A stretch of DNA of 43,037 nucleotides. It comes from Candidatus Tayloriibacteriota bacterium (GTDB lineage: Bacteria; Patescibacteriota; Minisyncoccia; Phycocordibacterales; JACOZD01). The DNA lies in contig JACOZD010000002.1 in NCBI GenBank assembly GCA_016181525.1, forward strand, positions 1 through 43,037, written 5' to 3'. Below the pieces are notes generated by a model, which saw only the letters and a program-made list of their open reading frames with translations, did not search any database and was not told where the DNA came from. A program made the position numbers and the translations under genes. Of this stretch, positions 1-7,158 are shown one piece after another. Position 1 is the first letter of the stretch. Each line of letters begins with the position of its first letter.

Positions 1-37
1 ACTTGTAAAATGCATAACAAAATAATATCCTAAAGGT

Positions 38-208
38 ATGGCTAAAGCACCAAAAACACCAGTTTTTTTTATAGCAACTAAGACAAGGAAAGAACCTGTT
101 GTTGTAAACTTCTACACCAAAAATGGAAAGTTGGTTTCATTTAATGCTGTTCAGAAAGTGAAAACTAAGACAGGCGTGAATTTTTACGCAAAGCGACCAA
201 AGCGCTGA
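38..208 (+). CDS. small basic hypothetical protein (56 aa, not in ORF track)
   Basis: ATG at 38 after AAAGG, open to TGA at 206-208, which overlaps the next ATG (TGATG coupling); MAKAPKTPVFFIATKTRKEP... Confidence 0.6.
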   Translation: MAKAPKTPVFFIATKTRKEPVVVNFYTKNGKLVSFNAVQKVKTKTGVNFYAKRPKR

Positions 209-573
209 TGTCGAAGAAACAATCTCTCACTTCCATAGATTTCGACTTTGGAGTTGGTAAAATCATTCCTGCAACACAAGAAGCTTTTAGTGATGAAGGG
301 TTTGACGTGCAAGTAAGGAAAACAGAAAAAGAATCCTTGTCCATTTTTAAGAGTACACTTGGAACTGAGATTGATTCCAAGCTTACGAGTAATGAACTGT
401 TTCCCACTGATGGGGAAGTATTTTTATTTATTGTTCAAAGAGTTCCGCAAGATTTTGCTTACTGTGCTGTAAAGCGATTGAGCTCTTCTCAAGATGTTGA
501 TGCACTTAAGATTTCAGGTTTAGAGCGCTCTGTTACTATGTTTCAAGAGCTCAAGAATAAAAAAATTCTCTAA
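208..573 (+). CDS. hypothetical protein
   Basis: 121 aa ORF translationally coupled to the upstream ORF; no motif recognised. Confidence 0.6.
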   Translation: MSKKQSLTSIDFDFGVGKIIPATQEAFSDEGFDVQVRKTEKESLSIFKSTLGTEIDSKLTSNELFPTDGEVFLFIVQRVPQDFAYCAVKRLSSSQDVDALKISGLERSVTMFQELKNKKIL

Positions 574-705
574 ATCAAGGGAGCTTTCGCCGCTCTTTCT
601 TGCGGCGAAGTGCGCGCGCATGGGAGGTGGGTGAGAAGCGAATACTTGGAGCTTCGCAAGGCCGGAGCGCGGCGGCGCGAGGAGGGGTCGCGGGCTACAA
701 AAAAG

Positions 706-734
706 TTGACATAAAACAGTGACCATGCTAATGT
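706..734 (+). promoter_or_regulatory. sigma70-type promoter upstream of the Cas7-like gene
   Basis: TTGACA (706-711), 17 bp spacer, TGc-TAATGT (729-734). Confidence 0.55.
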
Positions 735-789
735 ATTTTTGTTGATAGGGTGTACCTATCAATAAGAGTCTTAATCAAGGCTTTTTTCA

Positions 790-817
790 TTGACAACAGA
801 ATATTGACAACAGAATA
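790..817 (+). repeat. tandem 14 bp direct repeat TTGACAACAGAATA x2
   Basis: Exact copies at 790-803 and 804-817 in the leader of the Cas7-like gene. Confidence 0.8.
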
Positions 818-863
818 CAGGTAATAACGCCTTGAGCATGGCCTGAAAAAGCTCTGTTCTAAA

Positions 864-1571
864 GTGTGGAAAGGTAAGTTAGCTATGAAGATACGTGCGC
901 TACTCGTGGGGGTTGCCCCGCTTCTCATCAATCGAATGACACCGGACACGCTCGAAGGTCTCCGGACCAAGGTCCATAAGCCAAAAGCCAAGGATCTCTC
1001 GCCGAAGCAGGAAGCGATTGGCAAGATCTATCGGAAGGACGGCGACAAAGGGCCAATGGGCATTCCGACCTTGAATCTGCTTGCCGCTATCAAAGCGGCA
1101 GGACGGTTCCATAAGTTCGATGGCAAGAAAGCGGTCTCGACCGCCGAGGGCACCTTGCTCTATTCGTTCCTCTCGATTGAGGATGAGTTCCTGCCGTTCG
1201 CGAATAATAATACCAAGGGAGAAATCCAGTGGGAAGCCGACATGCGTCGGGGAACCTGCATGGACATCGCCGTTTGCATTGTTCGGCCGAAGTTCAAAAA
1301 TTGGTCGCTCGACGTCACCTTCCAGGTTGACGGGAAGCAGGTCAAAGAAGGTCTCATCCGTCAACTCGTGGATACCGCTGGCTCCAAGGCCGGCCTCTGC
1401 GACTTCCGTCCGAACAAGGGCGGACCCTTCGGCCGTTTTGCGGTCGAGAAGTGGGAAGTGACGATGGAAGAATCGGACAAGCAGGGCGGGTATTCGGAAG
1501 AAGTCGAAGAGTCAGAGCCATCTGGTAATGGTCCGAATCGTCTCGAGAAACTTGAGACGGCGCGAGCGTAA
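864..1571 (+). CDS. Cas7/RAMP-like RNA-binding protein (likely start ATG 885)
   Basis: RAMP-like motif order: N-terminal strand LxGxxPLL, IPxxNLxAAIxxA, RPxFxxW strand, helix ending in AG, and C-terminal Gly-rich loop GLCDFRPNKGGPFGRFAV; acidic tail; directly followed by a structured array. Confidence 0.75.
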   Translation: MWKGKLAMKIRALLVGVAPLLINRMTPDTLEGLRTKVHKPKAKDLSPKQEAIGKIYRKDGDKGPMGIPTLNLLAAIKAAGRFHKFDGKKAVSTAEGTLLYSFLSIEDEFLPFANNNTKGEIQWEADMRRGTCMDIAVCIVRPKFKNWSLDVTFQVDGKQVKEGLIRQLVDTAGSKAGLCDFRPNKGGPFGRFAVEKWEVTMEESDKQGGYSEEVEESEPSGNGPNRLEKLETARA

Positions 1572-1572
1572 G

Positions 1573-2273
1573 TATTTACTTGCGGTGTCTGCGTGTCTTG
1601 TGCTAGTCTACGGTAAGATGCGGTTCTCTACTGATGCCGCGGAGTGAAAAATCTCCGCGGCAAGATTTCCGTTTTGTTCTTTGTCGCCAGGTCCTGTTCG
1701 CTCGAGTTAAGTTGGTTTCTGCTCGTTACGGCACGGTAACCTTCAGTACGGCCCCCGCCCCTTTTTTGAAAAAGGGGCGGGGGAGAATTTCAAAATCTGT
1801 TTTTTTATTCCGGTTGAGTAACCCGTTCTCCGCTGGACCGGAGCACGGTGAAGTTCATTCCACTAATGGGCGAGAGAGTTTAACTCTCTCGCCAGAATTT
1901 CCGGTTCGGTTTGTTCGGCCAAACTATCCTGCGGTTCTCTGGCCTGCACTAAACAAATCCGAACTACGCGGCTGGCATTCTCTTGAATGCCAGCCATTTG
2001 ATTTTTTGTCATAAAAGTTTTTTAAGTTATCTCTCGCGGTAAGGTGCGTTTTTGTTCTCTTTCCCAGAGTTTGGTTTTCCATCCTACAGTCTTCTTTTTC
2101 TACAGGGCACAAGGTGAGAAACTTTGTGCGATTTACTTTTTATGTTTTTAATGTAAGGTAAGACTGGATCAGGCGTACCAACGTGTGCTTGAGTGTGCTC
2201 CACTCCTCTGCGGCCGACTCAGGTTGGGTATTGTAGGGATTCTCTATGGGGCGAGGAATGAAAATTCCTCGCC
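1573..2273 (+). ncRNA. array 1: six putative guide-like RNA units with 5-nt periodicity, each ending in a hairpin
   Basis: Units at about 1573-1662, 1663-1783, 1784-1893, 1894-1995, 1996-2129, 2130-2273. Hairpins at 1635-1662, 1752-1783, 1869-1893, 1970-1995, 2107-2129, 2250-2273. A pyrimidine falls at every 5th base of the unit body (e.g. 1672,1677...1752 all Y). RNA status is inferred. Confidence 0.8.
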
Positions 2274-2283
2274 ATTTTTGTAT

Positions 2284-2312
2284 TTGACAGTTTGTGATAC
2301 TCATGCTAGTAT
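2284..2312 (+). promoter_or_regulatory. sigma70-type promoter for the small ORF-DinG-array 2 unit
   Basis: TTGACA (2284-2289), 17 bp spacer, TGc-TAGTAT (2307-2312). Confidence 0.65.
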
Positions 2313-2423
2313 CTCAACCAGAAATAGCTCCATAGCTATAGCTATAATCTAGGTGAGTAATCTAGGTTTTTTGACAACACTGAATAATCAAAACACAGAC
2401 AACAAAGAGAAAGGAAATTCCTT

Positions 2424-2747
2424 ATGGGTAAGCATTATGTTGTAACTAGCTCGAGAATACGCCGAAAATCAAAAAAAGAGAAACGTCCTCCGAGCGTAAA
2501 CAAATACGCCCGTTTCGTACCTTCTCGGTCTTCTTTCTACCACTGGTTTGATAAAACTTTTCGCGACCTGCCAATTATTGGTGATCGCGGAGAAGTTCTC
2601 AAGGCGGGCTATCGTGTAACCTTTCATGGACGATTATATGCCCTTATGAAGGATACATCAATTCCGCAGACAGCACCCTCCATTCCGGGCACAGCAAACA
2701 AGTATCAAGGCGTCGGGCGATTCAAGTTGGTTGCCCGCCTTGATTGA
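2424..2747 (+). CDS. small basic hypothetical protein upstream of DinG
   Basis: 107 aa, AAAGGA RBS, K/R-rich N-terminus, abuts the helicase gene. Confidence 0.65.
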   Translation: MGKHYVVTSSRIRRKSKKEKRPPSVNKYARFVPSRSSFYHWFDKTFRDLPIIGDRGEVLKAGYRVTFHGRLYALMKDTSIPQTAPSIPGTANKYQGVGRFKLVARLD

Positions 2748-4585
2748 AAAAGAAAGGAAACATGCAACATCTGGAACATCTAAAATTATCTCTTTTAGAA
2801 GAGACGTTCCCCACAAGCGCTCTTCGTCGAGCGCCGTGGGCAAGTCAGCGGGAAATGTTTCGCATCATTTCCGAGAATGGCTCGGTCACGATCGAATCTC
2901 CGACAGGAAGCGGAAAAACCGCAGTCGAGTATACGGTCCTCAAAGCCGCAGACTTGAAACGGAAACAACCGCTTTTTCTCATCACTCCGAATAAAACATT
3001 GGTGGAGCAAATCCGCCAAGAGTTTCCGGATCTCAAAATCGCTCTTGGGCGAAACGAGCATCCATGTTTCTACTATCAGGACAAGTTGCCAGCTGATAAA
3101 CAGCCAATGGCAGACGAAATTCCATGCTCGCTTCTTAAAGACTGCCCTCATCGGGTGGACCAAGAGACAGGCAAAACTTTCGTAGAGGGAGCGATCCCAT
3201 GTCCGTATTTGAAGCAAAAGTTTGAGGCGAAGCAGGGCGGCATCGTTCTCTCCACCATAGCTTTCTATCTCTTCACTCAGCTTTTTAGCAAGGAGTGGGA
3301 GCAACCAGAAGTACTTGTCATTGACGAAGCACATAGGATGGCTGAAGTGGTGAGAAATGCACTCTCGTACGAAATCACTGATTGGCATTTACGAAAGTCG
3401 GTGGAACTTCTGCGAGAAATTGGTGCGGAGGAAGCAGAGTTGCTTCACGACTTCTACAAGAAGTTGGTTCATATAATCAAGTCAAAACCTGCGCATGAAC
3501 GAACCATGCTGAATGCCCGAGAAATTAGAGCGCTCATGGAAAAGCTTGAGGTCATAGATCAATCAGGACTCTTGCGCAAGCTTGAAAAGGCGGTGCGGGA
3601 GAAAGTGATTGATGTTGTCGAGAAACGGGAGACTCTGAAGAAGCTTGAAGTAGTGGTGAAGGATCTTCGCCGCTATCTACGCTCATTCGAGTATTCGCTA
3701 CCTGACGAAAATCGGCACGCGCTCAACTACACCTATGCCTTCTACAAAGACAAAGAGGAGAAAGGAGAGAAAGAGCATGTGCAGTATCGACTGGTGGTTA
3801 AATGCTACTATGTCGCACCCATCATCAAAAAAATTATGGGCAAGACAACGGTGGCTCTCTCGGCGACAATCGGAGATGATGAAGTGTTTGGCCATGAGAC
3901 GGGAATACGGAATCCATGTTTCAGTTTGGAATCCAATTTTCCGTCCGATAATGCTCGACTCTTTATGCCGACCGATACTCTCAATCTCGCGAAAAACGAG
4001 CGTGGTAATCGCGATTTACCAAAGAGTATCAGGATGGTGGCTCGGGCTTGCAAACGGTTGAGAGATAAAGGACACCGAAGTCTTTTCGTCACTATCTCTA
4101 ACCTTGAACGTGATAAGTTCATGATGATGGCAGAGGAGGAAGGTCTAAAGGCCATAAGTTACGGCAACGGCGTAACTGCAAAGGAAGCGGCTATCCGTTT
4201 CCGTGACGGCGAGGGTGATGTTCTCTGCGGCACGGCTTCAAACTATGCCGAAGGGGTGGATTTGCCAAAACAGATCGCACCAGTCATATTCTTTCTCCGA
4301 CCCGGGTATCCCAATCCTAAGGATCCGGGAACACAGTTTGAAGAAGAACGCTTCGGCGGCAGTCGGTGGGCGCTGTGGAATTGGCGGGTGATGATCCAGG
4401 CACTTCAAGTCCGCGGTCGGAACATTCGTTCTACCAAGGATCTGGGGGTGACGATATTCATATCACAGCAATTCCGGCGGTTCGTTCACGCATCACTTCC
4501 CAAATGGCTCGAGAAAGCATATGTCAATGACCGTACGTTTGACGAGTGTATTTCCCAAACGGAGGAGTTGTTAGGGGAAAAATAG
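2744..4585 (+). CDS. DinG/XPD-family SF2 helicase (likely start ATG 2762)
   Basis: Walker A ESPTGSGKT, VIDEAH, LSAT, AEGVDLP, QVRGRNIR; four Cys (HPC, IPC, DCPH, PCPY) consistent with an Fe-S site; AAAGGA RBS before ATG 2762. Confidence 0.9.
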   Translation: MKKKGNMQHLEHLKLSLLEETFPTSALRRAPWASQREMFRIISENGSVTIESPTGSGKTAVEYTVLKAADLKRKQPLFLITPNKTLVEQIRQEFPDLKIALGRNEHPCFYYQDKLPADKQPMADEIPCSLLKDCPHRVDQETGKTFVEGAIPCPYLKQKFEAKQGGIVLSTIAFYLFTQLFSKEWEQPEVLVIDEAHRMAEVVRNALSYEITDWHLRKSVELLREIGAEEAELLHDFYKKLVHIIKSKPAHERTMLNAREIRALMEKLEVIDQSGLLRKLEKAVREKVIDVVEKRETLKKLEVVVKDLRRYLRSFEYSLPDENRHALNYTYAFYKDKEEKGEKEHVQYRLVVKCYYVAPIIKKIMGKTTVALSATIGDDEVFGHETGIRNPCFSLESNFPSDNARLFMPTDTLNLAKNERGNRDLPKSIRMVARACKRLRDKGHRSLFVTISNLERDKFMMMAEEEGLKAISYGNGVTAKEAAIRFRDGEGDVLCGTASNYAEGVDLPKQIAPVIFFLRPGYPNPKDPGTQFEEERFGGSRWALWNWRVMIQALQVRGRNIRSTKDLGVTIFISQQFRRFVHASLPKWLEKAYVNDRTFDECISQTEELLGEK

Positions 4586-5261
4586 TTTCAGCTGCCCTTC
4601 GGCATTCTTGCGTGAAGTCGCGTAGTCCGAGCTCGCGTGCGCTTGTCTGCCGTTCAGTGCAGTTCGCTAAAGTACGGGCTGAGCATTTTCGAAAGAAAAT
4701 GCTCAGCTAAAATTTCCGGTGCAGTATAAGTCGCGCATCCTGCGCTGCTGTCCGGTGAAGTCCGCTAGCCATATGCTAGTGTGTCGTTCGGTGCCGAGTA
4801 ACATTTCGATGTCACTCGGCTAGAATTTCTGAAGTACACCAGTCTATGTTGCGGCGTTTTGTAGTTTGCTTGGCTAGACTGTCGTGCACTGCAGTAGCAG
4901 TACGGGCATAGCACCACGCTGTGGTGCTAGGCAAAAATTTCCCGTGTGGTAACGTAACCTTCCGTATGCTGTGTTAAGGTGCTACATGGTACACTCCGGA
5001 GCCAAGCTTTTGATTTAAAGGCTTGGCTATAATTTACTTCTGCTCCGTGTGCCTTGCTAGTCTCGGCCCCGGTCAGGTGGAGGTGTTGTCCAGTGCGATG
5101 CAGTTCGCCAGACTACGGCCTCGCCCTTTCGCGGAGAAAGGGCGAGGGAAATTTCTCTTGTTCTTTCAGTTCGGTTCGTTGCTCTGTGGTATAGTGGCCT
5201 GTGCTATGTTATACCAAGCTTGTCTACGGACGCGCGTATCAGAAATGGTACGCGCTTTTTT
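4586..5261 (+). ncRNA. array 2: six putative guide-like RNA units with 5-nt periodicity, each ending in a hairpin
   Basis: Units at 4586-4707, 4708-4820, 4821-4932, 4933-5028, 5029-5147, 5148-5255. Hairpins at 4678-4707 (GAAA loop), 4793-4820 (TTCG loop), 4906-4932, 5000-5028, 5119-5147, 5232-5255 followed by T6. Y at 4593,4598...4673 (17/17). RNA status is inferred. Confidence 0.8.
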
Positions 5262-5402
5262 CTTTGTCTGAAAAGGAGCCCCGCCACATCCTTTCTCCTC
5301 CCTTGTGGCGTGGCATATGTGCGCGGTGGGTAGGAAGGCAAGCACATACAAGAATGAGTCCTCGGACATTAAACAGGGCTTTTTTGTTTATTTTGAGTGA
5401 GC

Positions 5403-5431
5403 TTGACTTTTGTTGAAACTTACAATATATT
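5403..5431 (+). promoter_or_regulatory. sigma70-type promoter
   Basis: TTGACT, 17 bp spacer, TATATT. Confidence 0.5.
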
Positions 5432-5506
5432 TATTGAGACACTTGAGTAAGGTGCTCAAGGGTGCTCAAGCAAGAAATTGTACCTTGAAAGGAGAGATGA
5501 TCCTCG

Positions 5507-6292
5507 ATGAGATATTTTTCTGCTCGTCGGCGAATACAAGAGGAGCTTCAATACCTCCTTAAGTTTCTGACCGAGTACTTCGGAACAGAAATTCAGACAG
5601 TCGTTGTCTACGGAAGTTTCCTTAGGTGGTCATTCCGTAAATACAACGATGTGGATGTAGCAATCATTTTGCGTGATTCTCCAGAGTGGCGATGGAGCAG
5701 TTCAGAGTCCTTCTGGGATGCGCGAGATGATTCGCCATATCGTCAGAATTTCTTCCAAAAGCTCGAGCAGTTTCTCAAGGAGTTGGGTGCTTCTCGTCCT
5801 TACGACATCAAGGTCTTTACTACGCGTGACCTTGTATTGTTGGCAGAGTTCCAGGAACGCGTAGTCCACACCAGGGGGAACCTGGCACCGAGTATCAGAG
5901 CTGGGAAAGTCATTTTCCAGCGAAAGGAGAACGACATGGCGGAAATGAAGAAGAAACACAGGAGCTTCGTGGAGTTCCTGGACCGAGAGCTCCCGGCTCT
6001 CGGCATGACACACTGGTACAGAAGCAACGACGACTACGGTATCGGGATCGACTACCACGACATCGGCAAAGTCGTGACGGTGGAGCATCGCTTCCTGTTC
6101 ATCACTTGGACATCGAAGCGCACCATCACCATCGCGAGTGTGATTGCCGAGCCGGACACGCCGATTCATGGCGGAGCAGAGGATACTCTCCGGCTTCGCG
6201 TGAAGGTTCGTGAGGCAATACCGACGCTTCAGAGATTGGCCGAGAAGTTCGAAGATGCGACCTTCGGACTCAAAGCCGAGCTCATGTACTGA
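5507..6292 (+). CDS. minimal nucleotidyltransferase (Pol beta superfamily) domain plus unknown C-terminal region
   Basis: VVYGSF...NDVDVAIIL motif, later YDIKV and IRAGKVIF; in-frame internal RBS plus ATG at 5936. Confidence 0.75.
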   Translation: MRYFSARRRIQEELQYLLKFLTEYFGTEIQTVVVYGSFLRWSFRKYNDVDVAIILRDSPEWRWSSSESFWDARDDSPYRQNFFQKLEQFLKELGASRPYDIKVFTTRDLVLLAEFQERVVHTRGNLAPSIRAGKVIFQRKENDMAEMKKKHRSFVEFLDRELPALGMTHWYRSNDDYGIGIDYHDIGKVVTVEHRFLFITWTSKRTITIASVIAEPDTPIHGGAEDTLRLRVKVREAIPTLQRLAEKFEDATFGLKAELMY

Positions 6293-6312
6293 ACACGTCT
6301 CGCCTGTTAGTC

Positions 6313-6348
6313 AGAGGGAGTTTGCGAAAGCAGTTCCCTCTTTTTTTT
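6313..6348 (+). terminator. intrinsic terminator
   Basis: GAGGGAG-TTTGC GAAA GCAG-TTCCCTC stem followed by T8. Confidence 0.75.
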
Positions 6349-6638
6349 AGTTTCAAAGAGCAAGGAATTTGCCGCCAAGACTGAAATTCGTTAGAATTTC
6401 AATAATCCGAATCCGCCACATCCTTCGCTAAGGCTACGGAGTGCAAGGCAAAGAAAAACTTGAAATTATCTGATTCAAAATTGCGATTCAGATTTTCCAA
6501 TCAATTTTTCAGAGTTTTGGCCACCGCCGCCGAGGGCGGCGAAATGGGTTCGGACTATTTTCAGGAGACACAGCTGGTTTATAGCTCATTAATTAAGTTC
6601 TATTCAAGTATTTTGCAAAATACTAGAGTAGGATACAA

Positions 6639-6947
6639 TTGATGGCGTTAGGACTAAGCTCTGACCTTATTAAGATGGCAGTCAATTTTCGAAAATTGGA
6701 GAGAATTATCAAAGGTTTCGCCAATCACCGCCGCCTGGAAATACTTAATTTGCTTTTACATGAGCCAGAGCTCTCTGTTAGTGAAATATCTGAAAAGACC
6801 AGGACAGAGTATATGAACGCCTCTGACCATATTCGGAGGTTAGCTATTTCTGGTCTTCTTCTCAAACGTAATGATGGTAATATGGTGCGGCACAAATTAA
6901 CCCCTCTTGCCGAATCTATTCTAGAATTTTGCAAAAAACTAGAATAA
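6639..6947 (+). CDS. ArsR/SmtB-family transcriptional regulator (start may be ATG 6675)
   Basis: ANHRRLEILNLL...LSVSEISE...ASDHIRRL...GLL winged-helix pattern. Confidence 0.85.
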   Translation: MMALGLSSDLIKMAVNFRKLERIIKGFANHRRLEILNLLLHEPELSVSEISEKTRTEYMNASDHIRRLAISGLLLKRNDGNMVRHKLTPLAESILEFCKKLE

Positions 6948-6953
6948 AATCCA

Positions 6954-7118
6954 GTGAAAGAAATTCTAAAAAATAACAAAAAATTCTATCAGTGCCAGGA
7001 GTGCGGCTTGGTTTACGCCGACAAAGAAACTGCCGAGAAATGCCAAGCGTGGTGCATCGAACACAGAAGCTGCAACTTAGAGATTATCAAACACGCTGAA
7101 AAAAACTTTAACTTCTGA
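6954..7118 (+). CDS. small Cys-rich putative metal-binding protein (54 aa, not in ORF track)
   Basis: GTG start; YQCQECGLVY...AEKCQAWCIEHRSCNLEII. Confidence 0.7.
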   Translation: MKEILKNNKKFYQCQECGLVYADKETAEKCQAWCIEHRSCNLEIIKHAEKNFNF

Positions 7119-7158
7119 TTAAAGGTAGAAATATTTTAGGAGTGGTAGGCGTAATATT

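Noticed and set aside
1634-2112. ORFs 1634-2014 (+) and 1924-2112 (-)
   Set aside because: They run through hairpins and period-5 sequence, lack an RBS and have unnatural composition.
1635-5147. Internal hairpins as a series of ordinary intrinsic terminators
   Set aside because: Most are followed by AGAATTT or AAAATTT rather than a T tract, and no genes lie between them.
1573-5261. Canonical CRISPR array / type IV CRISPR-Cas call
   Set aside because: There are no identical direct repeats, the hairpins differ in sequence, and no cas5, cas6, cas8 or cas1 is visible.
1573-5261. TIGR-Tas array
   Set aside because: No recurring box C/D-like edge and loop repeats at a fixed unit length, and the linked protein looks RAMP-like rather than Nop-domain.
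5277-5350. Two further stem-loops after array 2 as a 13th unit
   Set aside because: No pentamer phasing and no TACGG motif; they lie beyond the T6 terminator. Function unknown.
5023-5416. ORFs 5023-5271, 5166-5369 and 5201-5416
   Set aside because: They overlap array 2 and its terminator; likely spurious.
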